In this document: piece after piece, positions 1 through 9,255 of the stretch
Layout: every line of letters starts with the position of its first letter
How positions within the stretch are numbered: position 1 is the stretch's first letter
Translations under genes and position numbers: made by a program
Notes under the pieces: model-generated
Database searches by the model: none
What the model was told of the DNA's origin: nothing
Seen by the model: the letters and a program-made list of their open reading frames with translations, nothing else
Origin: an uncultured Planctomycetaceae bacterium
Lineage (GTDB): Bacteria > Planctomycetota > Planctomycetia > Planctomycetales > Planctomycetaceae
Length of the DNA: 64,000 bases
Direction of reading: 5' to 3'
Assembly: GCA_964646205.1 (NCBI GenBank)
Contig: CAZYAZ010000005.1
Coordinates: forward strand, 17,791-81,790

Positions 1-531
1 TGCGCCTTTCTTCTTCTTGAGTGGTACCGCGTCAAACGGTGGGGGTGTCATCAGGACGAGCTTGGCGCCGCTGGCGTGGACTTTCTTGATCAACCGGTTG
101 ACACCGTCCTGATAGATCTGAAATCGCTTCTCCGAGAAGGGGTGGTAGATGCCGTCATTCATCCCGTAACAGGAGACAACCACGTCGGGCTGGATTCTTT
201 TCAACGCGCGGTCCAGTCGTTCGTGGACGTCGGGTCTTGGGAAGGGATGGGCCGGTTCGGTTTGTCCCGAACAGGTCTCGCTGGAGAGGCCGACGTTGTA
301 GAAGGTTGGAAGGGGAGAAACTCCCTGGAGACGGCACTGGGTTTCGATCCACGCGACGTAGCCACCAGCGTGGGTGATCGAGTCACCCAGAAAGAGGATC
401 TTCTTGGCCTTCAAGGGAAAGGCGATGGGGAGATCATCAGCTCTCGTGGTTGCGGAGGCACCATTCGCCGCCAGGAGGCAGGCGGCGAGAAGCAAAAAAG
501 GTGACCGGGGCAGTGGCGAGTTGTGTGTCAT
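1..531 (-). CDS. SGNH/GDSL-family hydrolase, secreted; the C-terminal end lies beyond the left window edge
   Basis: Own translation of the minus strand from ATG at 531-529. It gives MTHNSPLPRSPFLLLAACLLAANGASA (signal peptide), then KKILFLGDSITHAGGY (block I GDS) and SCYGMNDGIYHP (block III). The frame stays open to base 1. It is absent from the ORF track because it is open-ended. Confidence 0.7.
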   Translation of the reverse strand, partial: MTHNSPLPRSPFLLLAACLLAANGASATTRADDLPIAFPLKAKKILFLGDSITHAGGYVAWIETQCRLQGVSPLPTFYNVGLSSETCSGQTEPAHPFPRPDVHERLDRALKRIQPDVVVSCYGMNDGIYHPFSEKRFQIYQDGVNRLIKKVHASGAKLVLMTPPPFDAVPLKKKKGA

Positions 532-580
532 GTTGCGGATTCCAGGATGCGACTGCATGAGAGCGGACAAAAATGGAAGT

Positions 581-1588
581 TCAATCTGCCGGGAGGCCTC
601 GCATTTTTCCAGCCAGATGAAAACTTCCATCGATCTCGACAAACGAGTACAGGTGGAGCCCACGTGGCTTTCCAGGTTCGACAAAACGAGCCGAATAGAG
701 CGGTGTGGGTTTGATCATGGCCTTGAGGGCATATCGCTGGTTGCCCACTGCTTCGGGTGTCGGCGATGTGAACCTGAGGATGCGGATCTCGGTGCGTCCC
801 TGCTTGATCAGGTTTGTGAACAGGGCGGGGAGTTGCGTGTCCAATTGCTTGAGGCTGTCGGAGTAGCTGGCGGCCAGCTTGGGTCCATGCTCGGGGCCGA
901 AGGTCTTGAGGAACCACTGCTTGTGATTTGGGAGCGTGAGTGCCTTGAGTTCGGGCGTCAGTTTGCCCGGTCCAGCCTTGCGGGAAGCCGCTAGAACGGC
1001 CGTGAGTTGCTTTTTGAGGGCGAGGGCCTGTGGGGAGGTGGGGGCGGTGATGTTTCGCATGCCCCCGGCCAGCCGGAAATTCCCGTCGAAGTAGACGAAG
1101 TTGTGGACGTGGGTCCCCAGTCGTTTGCCCGGCTCGACGAATCGTACCGAGTAGAGGGGGACTGGGTTTTTCATTGCCTTGAGAGTTTTGTTCTGGTTGC
1201 CGGTGGCCTTTGGGTTGGGCCGGGTGTGCTGGAGAACCGTGACCTCGGTGCGGTTTCGCTTGACCATTTCGACAAACAGTTTTGGAAACTCCACATCGTA
1301 GGCAGCAGCCAGGCGACCGAACTCGGTGGTGAGCCTTTTGGCGTTCTCGGCGTCAAAAACAGAGGCAAAGAAGGCCGAGGGTTTTGTCAGTTTCATGTTC
1401 CGGGTCAGTTCGGTGATCTTGTCGGTGTCCTTGGATTTCGTGGCGGCCAGAAACTGCTCAATCTGTTTCTTGAGAGCCTTGGCACGGTCGGGCGACGGAG
1501 CGGATTTGTCCTGGGACAATGCCGGCGTGGTGGCCAGGACCATGACGATCAGAGCGAGGTGTGTCAGTTGGCTGGTGAAAAACCGCAT
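581..1588 (-). CDS. secreted hypothetical protein built from two tandem copies of a roughly 140-aa domain
   Basis: Track ORF 581..1714. I prefer the internal ATG at 1588 (MRFFTSQLTHLALIVMVLATTPALSQ, signal peptide), which has AGGAAA 8 nt upstream. The two halves align clearly, for example ATGNQNKTLKAMKNPVPLYSVRFVEPGKRLGTHVHNFVYFDGNFRLAGGMR against AVGNQRYALKAMIKPTPLYSARFVEPGKPRGLHLYSFVEIDGSFHLAGKMR. Confidence 0.6.
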   Translation of the reverse strand: MRFFTSQLTHLALIVMVLATTPALSQDKSAPSPDRAKALKKQIEQFLAATKSKDTDKITELTRNMKLTKPSAFFASVFDAENAKRLTTEFGRLAAAYDVEFPKLFVEMVKRNRTEVTVLQHTRPNPKATGNQNKTLKAMKNPVPLYSVRFVEPGKRLGTHVHNFVYFDGNFRLAGGMRNITAPTSPQALALKKQLTAVLAASRKAGPGKLTPELKALTLPNHKQWFLKTFGPEHGPKLAASYSDSLKQLDTQLPALFTNLIKQGRTEIRILRFTSPTPEAVGNQRYALKAMIKPTPLYSARFVEPGKPRGLHLYSFVEIDGSFHLAGKMRGLPAD

Positions 1589-1744
1589 CGTGCTGTTTCC
1601 TGTCGGTGACGTTTGAGCTGGCATTGTAGTTGGCAGTGGAGGTGTTGCCATACCGAGAGGTGGGGCGAGACATGCGGAAGGACCCCTTGATCGGGTATGG
1701 TTGTCGCGAGACAAGTGGGGCTCATTGATCCAGGGAAAACCATC

Positions 1745-2836
1745 ATGACATCAGTTGATCGACGCACGTTTTTGGCCGGTACCGCTGCGGCAGGATTGTC
1801 GCTGGCTGCCGAGTCATCCCAGGTTGCCGCTGCCAGTCGCGTGGCCAGGGCGAAGAAACCCCGGATCAAGATCGGCCAGATCGGCACCGGTCACGCGCAC
1901 GCCCGTGGCGTGTTTGCCCAACTCAAACAAGTGACCGATGACTTCGAGTTGGTGGGGATCGTTGAAAACGATCCGAAGCGTCGCAAGGCAATCGGTGATA
2001 CCTACCAGGGGGTCAAGGTCATCACCGAAGAACAGTTGCTCAACACCAAGGGGCTGCAGGCGGTGGTGGTCGAAACCGAGGTGCAGGACCTGCTGCCCAC
2101 GGCCAATCGGTGCATCGATGCCGGGATGCACATCCACCTGGACAAGCCCGCCGGTGAGAACCTGAAAGACTTTGCCGCCTTGCTCAAGAAAGTGGGCCAG
2201 AAGAAGCGTCACCTGCAGATGGGTTACATCTACCGGTATCACACCGCATTCCAGTGGTGCTACAAGGCGGTGGCCGAGGGGATGCTGGGCGACGTATTCG
2301 AAGTTCATGCCGTGATGAGCAAGAAAGTCGGCGATTCGAGCCGCAAGTACCTCTCACGGTACCCCGGGGGATCGATGTTCGAGATCGGATGTCACGTCAT
2401 CGACGCGATGGTCCGCGTGCTGGGGCCACCAAAGAAAGTGACCGCCTTCGGCCGAAAGACTCATCCCAAAAAAGATCCACTGCAGGACAACCAGTTGGCC
2501 GTTTTCGATTATCCCAATGCGATCGCATCGATTCGCAGTGCGCTGGTCGAATACGAGGGATTCCGCCGCCGCCAGTTCACCGTGTGTGGTGAATTTGGCA
2601 CATTTGATCTCAGGCCATTGGGTGGCAACCAGTTCCGACTGGCCCTGGAGAAGCAACACGAAGGGTACAAGACGGGGTACCAGGACATCGAACTGGAAAA
2701 GGGGCCGGGAATCTTTATGAGCGCCTTCCGCGACATGGCCGCGGTGGTGCGGGGCGAAAAAGAGGACGACTACGGTCTGGAACACGAACTGGCCGTGCAC
2801 GAGGCGGTGCTGGCGGCCAGCGGGTACGACGTGTAG
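1745..2836 (+). CDS. Gfo/Idh/MocA-family oxidoreductase with Tat signal
   Basis: MTSVDRRTFLAGTAAAGLSLAA is a twin-arginine signal. IKIGQIGTGHAHA is an N-terminal Rossmann motif. Length and layout are typical of exported Gfo/Idh/MocA enzymes. Confidence 0.8.
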   Translation: MTSVDRRTFLAGTAAAGLSLAAESSQVAAASRVARAKKPRIKIGQIGTGHAHARGVFAQLKQVTDDFELVGIVENDPKRRKAIGDTYQGVKVITEEQLLNTKGLQAVVVETEVQDLLPTANRCIDAGMHIHLDKPAGENLKDFAALLKKVGQKKRHLQMGYIYRYHTAFQWCYKAVAEGMLGDVFEVHAVMSKKVGDSSRKYLSRYPGGSMFEIGCHVIDAMVRVLGPPKKVTAFGRKTHPKKDPLQDNQLAVFDYPNAIASIRSALVEYEGFRRRQFTVCGEFGTFDLRPLGGNQFRLALEKQHEGYKTGYQDIELEKGPGIFMSAFRDMAAVVRGEKEDDYGLEHELAVHEAVLAASGYDV

Positions 2837-2845
2837 TTCCGGAGG

Positions 2846-4282
2846 TCAGGCGATCACGTCTTCAATCACGCGACCGCCAAGGTTGGTCAGTCGAACGTCC
2901 AGGCCGCGATAATTGACCGCCAGGTGTTCATGGTCGAGCCCGAAGAGCCTCAGCAGCGTCGCCTGGAAATCGTTGACGTGGACGGGGTTCTCGGCCGGGG
3001 CCCAGCCGATGTCGTCGGTGGTGCCGTAGACAGTGCCGCCCTTGACGCCTCCTCCAGCCATCCAGACGCTGAAGGCATTCGGGTGGTGATCCCGGCCGTC
3101 GTTGCCCTGTCCCAGCGGTGTGCGGCCGAACTCGCTGGCCCAGACGACCAGCGTTTCGTCCAGCAGCCCACGTTGCTTGAGGTCGTCGATCAGTGCTGCG
3201 ATTGGCCGGTCGGCCATCCGGCAGTTCCAGTTCAGGTCGTAGGCCAGCTTGCCGTGCTGGTCCCACGAGGCGTGGACGACGTTGATGAAGCGGACTCCGC
3301 GTTCAGCGAGACGCCGGGCCAGCAGGCAGTTGACCGAGAACCGGTGATAGGTGTCTCCGGATTGCATCGCGGCAGTCGGTCGCGGCGTGGGGCGATTCAC
3401 CCCGTAGGCCTCAAGCGTGTGCCGGGTTTCGCCCGAAAGGTCTGTCAGTTCGGGAGCCGCTGATTGCATCCGGAAGGCCAGTTCATACTGGGCGATCCGG
3501 CTGGCAATCTCGGGGTCGCGGACGTCCCGGTAACGGATGGCATTGAGCCGTCCCAGGGCATCCAACGTCCGCCGCTGGTTGCCACGGCCGATGCCCGGTG
3601 GGTTGGACAGGTACAGGATCGGGTCGCCCTGGCCACGGAACGGAACACCCTGGTAAGTGGATGGCAAAAAACCGCTGGTCCAGTTCGAGGATCCGCCGCT
3701 GGCCCCACGGCCAGCCGCGAGGACGACGTACCCGGGCAAGTTGTCCGATTCGGTCCCCAGTCCGTAGGTCAGCCAGGCTCCGATCGAGGGGCGTCCCAGT
3801 TCGGCCTTGCCACAACTGAGCAACAACTGGCCGGGGTGATGGTTGAATTGTTCGCCATGTACAGTTCGGATCAAGGCGATGTCATCGGCGCGGTTGCCGA
3901 TCTGCTCGATCATGTTCGAGTACTCGATGCCGCATTCGCCGCGTTTGCTGAACTTGGCCGGGGAGCCCTTCAGGACGGCCTTGTCTCGCTTGATGAATGC
4001 GAATTCGGTAGCCCCGAGTATCGAGTCGGGCATCTTCTGGCCGTCTCGGTTGTTGAGGATGGGCTTGGGGTCGAAGAGGTCGACGTGGCTGGGGCCACCG
4101 GCCATGAAAAAGAAGATGCAACGTTTGGCGGTGGGTGCGAAGTGCGGTGGTGTGATTGCCGACGGTGACTCGTTGGAGAGCAACGAGGCCAGGGCGACTC
4201 CACCGAGGCCACTTGCAGAACTGGCCAGGAATTCGCGGCGGGTGGCGGCGAGCGTGTCGGCGGTAGGCAGGGAGAGGTTCAT
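2846..4282 (-). CDS. DUF1501-domain protein (sulfatase/alkaline-phosphatase-like fold), Tat signal
   Basis: TRREFLASSASGLGG is a Tat signal. The C-terminal block VVWASEFGRTPLGQGNDGRDHHPNAFSVWMAGGGVKGG is typical of DUF1501. The gene lies directly downstream of a DUF1549/DUF1553 gene. Confidence 0.85.
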   Translation of the reverse strand: MNLSLPTADTLAATRREFLASSASGLGGVALASLLSNESPSAITPPHFAPTAKRCIFFFMAGGPSHVDLFDPKPILNNRDGQKMPDSILGATEFAFIKRDKAVLKGSPAKFSKRGECGIEYSNMIEQIGNRADDIALIRTVHGEQFNHHPGQLLLSCGKAELGRPSIGAWLTYGLGTESDNLPGYVVLAAGRGASGGSSNWTSGFLPSTYQGVPFRGQGDPILYLSNPPGIGRGNQRRTLDALGRLNAIRYRDVRDPEIASRIAQYELAFRMQSAAPELTDLSGETRHTLEAYGVNRPTPRPTAAMQSGDTYHRFSVNCLLARRLAERGVRFINVVHASWDQHGKLAYDLNWNCRMADRPIAALIDDLKQRGLLDETLVVWASEFGRTPLGQGNDGRDHHPNAFSVWMAGGGVKGGTVYGTTDDIGWAPAENPVHVNDFQATLLRLFGLDHEHLAVNYRGLDVRLTNLGGRVIEDVIA

Positions 4283-4310
4283 GACAATGGGCTTGGTGAC
4301 GGAGTGGCCT

Positions 4311-6830
4311 TCAGTCGCGGGTTAGAAACTCGTCAAGGTTCAGCACTGTCCTCGCGACACCGATCCAGGCCGCCATGCGGTTGAGCGGTGTGCCGGATGA
4401 GGTGAATGGGCCGACGACTTGTCGGGCCTCCTCGAGATGCTTGGAAAACCATTCGGACTCGTCGTCGTGAAGTTGCCTGAGAACACTCATTTCATCCGGG
4501 ACAAGTGGTCGTGAGAGCGCGGTGAGGGCCACTTGTTGCAGTCGCTTGTCGATCGAGGACGGAGACGTTGCCAGTCTGTGTCCGAGTGTCTGGGCACATT
4601 CGAAAAACACCGGGTCGTTGAGAGTGGTCAGTGCCTGGAGCGGTGTGTTGGACCGGTTTCGTTCGGCCAGACAGACGTTGCTCTCGGGGGTGTCGAAGAT
4701 CATCAGGCTGGGGTACGGGTTGGTTCGCTTGAAGAGGATGTACATCCCGCGGCGATAGCGTTCGGGGCGATCGGAGACGATCCAGCGGGTCTTGTACTTG
4801 TAGGCCAGGTCCTCGGTTCCCTCGGGTTTTGGGGGATGAATCGTCGAGCCACCGACTTGCCTGTGGAGGAGGCCGGCAGCATCCAGGAACAGGTCGCGGA
4901 TGATTTCACCTTCCACGCGGTACCGACTCTGGCGTGCCAGCCAGAGGTTGTCGGGGTCGGTCGATTCGACGCGGGGGCCGAGTGAAGACGACTGGCGGTA
5001 GGTTGAGGACGTGACGATCCGTTTGACGAGGGCCTTGCGATCCCAGCCACTGTCGATGAATTCGACGGCGAGCCAGTCGAGCAATTCGGGATGGGTCGGC
5101 GGAGTGCCCTGGCTGCCGAAGTCATCCCGGGTGGCCACGAGGCCGCGTCCGAAGAGGTGCGCCCAGGCATGATTGACGGCGACACGGGCTGCGAGTGGGT
5201 TTTCGGGCTCGACCAGCCAGCGGGCCAGGTCAAGCCGGTCGGCTGTGGCGTTACGGGGTTTCAGTGCAGGGAGAGCGGTGGGGGTGGCCGGGTTCACCGG
5301 TTGGCCCTTTTGCTTGAAGTCGCCACGGACCAGCAGGTGAGTTGTGCGTCGGTCCTTGGAGCGTTCGGCGATCGTCATCACGTAGGGCTTGGGGAGGTGG
5401 CGTTTCTGGACGCTCACCTGCGACAGGGCCTTGCTCGTGTCGTCCTGTCGGCCGGCGAGTGTTTTCCAGAACGCGGTCGCGGTGGCTCGTTGGTCCTGGC
5501 TGAAATCGTCGAAAGGCTGGCTGAGCAGTGCTTTGAGCTTTGCGGTGACGTCGAGATGTGCGATGTGCTGGGCGATGGCAGCGGGCTTGCCCGCCAGGGA
5601 CTTTTGCCACAAACCGAGGTGGGCGTGCTTTTTCATCGCTGACAACGTGTTGCGGCGATTCGTGAGCGCCGCCTGCAACCGTTTGACCCCGTCGAGAGCA
5701 GACTGGTACCTGTCGCGATCAGCGTCGGAACCCTTGATGTCGATATTCTTCTCGTCCACGTTGTTGAAAAAAGCGTAGAACGCATAGAAGTCACGCTGGG
5801 GAATCGGATCATATTTGTGGGAATGACATTGGGCGCATCCCAGCGTTAGTCCGAGTACCGAGGTGGCCGTGGTGTTGACCCGATCGACCGTTTCGCGGTT
5901 TCGGTAGTCCTCCTTGTTGATCCCCGACTCGTTGTTCTTGATGTTCATTCGGTGCAGGCCGGTGGCGACTTTTTGCTGCAGCGTGGAGCCGGGCAAGAGG
6001 TCGCCGGCGAGTTGCTCGATGATGAACCGGTTGTATGGCTGGTTGCGGTTGATCGAGTTGATCACCCAGTCGCGGTATCGCCACGCGTTGGGGCGGACGT
6101 CGTCGCGTTCGTAGCCAAAGCTGTCGGCATACCGTGCCAGGTCGAGCCAGTGTCGTCCCCAGCGTTCACCGAAGTGCGGTGACGCGAGCAGTTCATCAAC
6201 GAGTTGTTCGTAGTTGGCCTCGGAGGGGTTGGTGACGAAGCGGTTGATCTGGTGTTGCGAGGGCAGCAGGCCGAGGAGGTCCAACGAGAGGCGCCGAACG
6301 AGCGCGTGCGGAGAGGCATCGGGTGAGAGGTGCAGACCCTGTGGTTCGAGCCGCGACGCGACAAAACGATCGATAGGCGATCGCAGCGTCTGTTTGCTCT
6401 TCACCAAAGGCGGACGGGGACGACGTGGTGGAACCAGCGACCAGTGTTTCTGGTAACGCGCGCCCTGGGAGATCCAGCCTTGCAGGAGATCGATTTCCTG
6501 GCCGGTCAATGCCGGGCCATCGTGGGGCATCCGTGTGTCGGGGTTGGTCGAACGGACGCGTTTGAGGAGTTGGCTTTGATCGGGGCGACCGGGCACGATT
6601 GCTGGCAACCCGGATTCTGTCTTGCCCGTGGCCCGGTCTCGCAGGTGCAGGGCCAATCCGGCCTCCTGGTCGGCAGGTCCGTGACAGGCGAAACATTTTT
6701 TCGCCAGCAGCGGCAGGATGTCGCGACTGAACCGCACCGCCGTGGTGGGCGCATCGGCAGCCATGCCACACGGTGTCAAACCGGAAAGCACCAGAGCCAG
6801 CAGCGGCGGAATGTGTCTGTGAGTCATCAT
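4311..6830 (-). CDS. PSCyt1/DUF1549(PSCyt2)/DUF1553(PSD1) planctomycete cytochrome-domain protein
   Basis: CFACHGP is an N-terminal CxxCH, and a second CxxCH occurs in LGCAQCHSHKYDPIPQRDFYAFYAFF. The C-terminal region is DUF1553-like. Start taken at ATG 6830 (MMTHRHIPPLLALVLSGL), which overlaps the stop of the upstream esterase gene in an ATGA. Confidence 0.85.
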   Translation of the reverse strand: MMTHRHIPPLLALVLSGLTPCGMAADAPTTAVRFSRDILPLLAKKCFACHGPADQEAGLALHLRDRATGKTESGLPAIVPGRPDQSQLLKRVRSTNPDTRMPHDGPALTGQEIDLLQGWISQGARYQKHWSLVPPRRPRPPLVKSKQTLRSPIDRFVASRLEPQGLHLSPDASPHALVRRLSLDLLGLLPSQHQINRFVTNPSEANYEQLVDELLASPHFGERWGRHWLDLARYADSFGYERDDVRPNAWRYRDWVINSINRNQPYNRFIIEQLAGDLLPGSTLQQKVATGLHRMNIKNNESGINKEDYRNRETVDRVNTTATSVLGLTLGCAQCHSHKYDPIPQRDFYAFYAFFNNVDEKNIDIKGSDADRDRYQSALDGVKRLQAALTNRRNTLSAMKKHAHLGLWQKSLAGKPAAIAQHIAHLDVTAKLKALLSQPFDDFSQDQRATATAFWKTLAGRQDDTSKALSQVSVQKRHLPKPYVMTIAERSKDRRTTHLLVRGDFKQKGQPVNPATPTALPALKPRNATADRLDLARWLVEPENPLAARVAVNHAWAHLFGRGLVATRDDFGSQGTPPTHPELLDWLAVEFIDSGWDRKALVKRIVTSSTYRQSSSLGPRVESTDPDNLWLARQSRYRVEGEIIRDLFLDAAGLLHRQVGGSTIHPPKPEGTEDLAYKYKTRWIVSDRPERYRRGMYILFKRTNPYPSLMIFDTPESNVCLAERNRSNTPLQALTTLNDPVFFECAQTLGHRLATSPSSIDKRLQQVALTALSRPLVPDEMSVLRQLHDDESEWFSKHLEEARQVVGPFTSSGTPLNRMAAWIGVARTVLNLDEFLTRD

Positions 6831-7795
6831 TTGAGGACAGGTGTGGTCAACTTGCGTTTTTTCAGCCAATCAACAAACGCGAAACGCCACTTGTTGATCG
6901 GTGTGCCGAAGTCTCGGACTCCATATCCGTGTCCTCCTTTATCGCGAATGAAGGTGGTGCAGGATACCCCGGCTTTTCGGCAGGCGGTGGCAAATAGCAG
7001 CGTGTTGTCGACCAGGACACCCTTGTCGTCGCGGGCGTGGGCCAAAAAACTTGGCGGGGTGTGACGTGTCACGTTCAGATCGCACGAATAGTCCGTCAGT
7101 TGTTTGGAGGTGGGTGTGCTGCCAAATAAAAGTTTCTGGTACCGCGGGCCGGCGACCTCGGTTTTCATCGTCAACAAGGGATAGGCTGCTGCGAAGAAAT
7201 CCGGGCGAGTGCTCTGGCGCCGGATCGAGTCGGTCTGCCCGGGGTTTGCAGGTTCGTGACGGGTGGCGGCATTACCTGCGAGGATTCCGCCGGCTGAAAA
7301 GCCGAACACGCCGACACGGTTGGGATCGATGTGCCACTCTTTTGCGCGTGCGCGAACCGTGCGGATGGCTCGCCGAACGTCGGCCTCCATGGCGGTGATG
7401 CCATAAAAGTGGCCGGTCGTCCGGGCTGTTCGAAATTTCAACACCACACCGACAATTCCATGAGGAGCCAGGAAATGGGCCAGATCGTTGCCTTCCTTGT
7501 CGATGACGATCCGTGTCAGCCCCCCTCCGGGACAGATGATCAATGCAGCCGACGGACGGGAAGATCGTTGCTCAGGCAGATGCACCGTCAGAGTGGGGCG
7601 GTGCACGTCGTGGATGCTACGGTCGATGACGCGTTTGCCATCACCTCGCTCGACGACTTGTTCCTTCTCGGTAATTCCACCCGAACCGGGCGGGACACCC
7701 GGCCACAAGGGGACGGTTTGTGTTCCGGCCGACAACGAGCACGGGGCGAGAAATATGGCCAGGGCCAGCAGGGTGCGCGGACAACGAAAAATCAC
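6827..7795 (-). CDS. alpha/beta-hydrolase (esterase/lipase-like), secreted
   Basis: Signal peptide MIFRCPRTLLALAIFLAPCSLSA. Nucleophile elbow VGVFGFSAGG (GxSxG). ALIICPGGGL is an oxyanion-like region. HGYG lies near the C-terminus. Confidence 0.7.
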   Translation of the reverse strand: MIFRCPRTLLALAIFLAPCSLSAGTQTVPLWPGVPPGSGGITEKEQVVERGDGKRVIDRSIHDVHRPTLTVHLPEQRSSRPSAALIICPGGGLTRIVIDKEGNDLAHFLAPHGIVGVVLKFRTARTTGHFYGITAMEADVRRAIRTVRARAKEWHIDPNRVGVFGFSAGGILAGNAATRHEPANPGQTDSIRRQSTRPDFFAAAYPLLTMKTEVAGPRYQKLLFGSTPTSKQLTDYSCDLNVTRHTPPSFLAHARDDKGVLVDNTLLFATACRKAGVSCTTFIRDKGGHGYGVRDFGTPINKWRFAFVDWLKKRKLTTPVLK

Positions 7796-7965
7796 CGGGG
7801 GACTCCGTCGGGTCGTGGTACTCCATCATGATCGTCGGGGAAGGTCAGTCCAAGTCGGCGGAGAGTAGTGGACGCCGGTTTGCTGTGTTGTGAGGCTGGT
7901 TGCGAGCGAGATATGATCATCGGGCGACAGGACATTGCCCCAGGACTTCCGGGTCGGAGAGATTG

Positions 7966-9255
7966 ATGAGCATGGGACGACGAGAGTTTCTGGTAGCTGC
8001 CGGTGCCGGCGCCGTGGTCGCGCCGGAAATTGTTTCGGCGGCCGTTCGTGGTGCCAATGAGCGTCTGAATATTGGGGCGATCGGGGTCGGCGGTCGTGGT
8101 GCCGGTGATCTTGCCGCGGTGTCCGGTGAGAACATCGTCGCGTTGTGTGACGTCGATGCGGATCGACTGGGAGCGGCAGCCAGGAAGCATCCAAAGGCAG
8201 AGACGTATTCGGACTATCGACGGCTGCTGGATCGGAAAGATCTCGACGCGGTTGTCGTGGCTACTCCTGATCATCATCACGCGGTCGCCACGATGCGTGC
8301 CTTGCGTCGTGGTTTGCACGTGTATTGTGAAAAGCCGTTGACGCACACGGTGCACGAGGCCCGGGTGTTGGCCAAGGAAGCGGCCCGGCAAAAAGTCGCC
8401 ACCCAGATGGGAACGCAGAATCACGAACATCCCGGTTACCTGCGGTTGGTGGAATTGCTGGAGACTGATGCGGTGGGGCCAATTCGCGAAGCCCACATCA
8501 TCACCGACCGGCCTGGCCGCTTTTGGCCGCAGGGAGTGGCGTTGCCGTCCGATCGGCCGAAGATCCCCTCCAGCCTCTCTTGGGATCTGTGGTTGGGGCC
8601 TGCGGCCGTGCGTGAGTATCACCCCGCCTTTGCGCCGTTCCGTTGGCGGGGATGGTGGGATTTCGGTTGTGGCGCGATCGGCGACATGGCGATTCACCTG
8701 ATGGATCCGGCTTTCTGGGGCCTGAACCTGGGTGGCAAGGTCCGTGTCTCCTCGATGGGACCGCGTCCGAATGCACACAGCGGTCCGACCTGGATGATCA
8801 CGAAATTCCAGTTTGGCCAGCGGGGCAAGCGGCCGCCGGTGGATGTGTTCTGGTATGAGGGGGTGGCGAAGCCTCCCGGCCCGGTCGCCGCTGAGTTGCC
8901 GATGAACGGGTCGCTGTTCATTGGAGACAAGGGGCGAATTGCAATTGAACACGGCCAGGCACCACAACTGTTGCCGGTGGAACGGTTCAAGGACTTCCAG
9001 CCTCCCAAGCCGTACCTGCCCGATTCACCGGGGCATCATCAGCAGTGGATCAATGCCTGCAAGACTGGCAGTCCGACGGGTAGCCATTTTGGTTACGCCG
9101 GTCCATTCACCGAAATCGTGCTGCTGGGGAACGTGGCCTACCGGGTGGGCGAGACGATCGAATACGACCCGAAGAAGGCGCGGGTCACCAACAACAAGGC
9201 AGCCAACGATTTGTTGAGCAAGGACTACCGCAAGGGGTGGAGACTCTCGGAATGA
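7966..9255 (+). CDS. Gfo/Idh/MocA-family oxidoreductase with Tat signal
   Basis: MSMGRREFLVAAGAGAVVAPE is a Tat signal and LNIGAIGVGGRGAGD a Rossmann motif. GGAGAG lies upstream of ATG 7966. The track ORF begins at an upstream TTG (7900) that adds a non-signal extension. Confidence 0.8.
   Translation: MSMGRREFLVAAGAGAVVAPEIVSAAVRGANERLNIGAIGVGGRGAGDLAAVSGENIVALCDVDADRLGAAARKHPKAETYSDYRRLLDRKDLDAVVVATPDHHHAVATMRALRRGLHVYCEKPLTHTVHEARVLAKEAARQKVATQMGTQNHEHPGYLRLVELLETDAVGPIREAHIITDRPGRFWPQGVALPSDRPKIPSSLSWDLWLGPAAVREYHPAFAPFRWRGWWDFGCGAIGDMAIHLMDPAFWGLNLGGKVRVSSMGPRPNAHSGPTWMITKFQFGQRGKRPPVDVFWYEGVAKPPGPVAAELPMNGSLFIGDKGRIAIEHGQAPQLLPVERFKDFQPPKPYLPDSPGHHQQWINACKTGSPTGSHFGYAGPFTEIVLLGNVAYRVGETIEYDPKKARVTNNKAANDLLSKDYRKGWRLSE

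Noticed and set aside
76-994. Plus-strand track ORFs 76..504 and 374..994 at the left edge
   Set aside because: They are antisense to, or overlap, the minus-strand SGNH hydrolase and the duplicated-domain protein, both of which have signal peptides and recognisable motifs. The plus-strand translations are Arg/Gly-rich and carry no motifs.
7792-8967. 391-aa minus-strand ORF
   Set aside because: It is fully antisense to the Tat-signal Gfo/Idh/MocA gene. Its Arg/Pro/His-rich composition is typical of stop-free antisense frames in GC-rich DNA.
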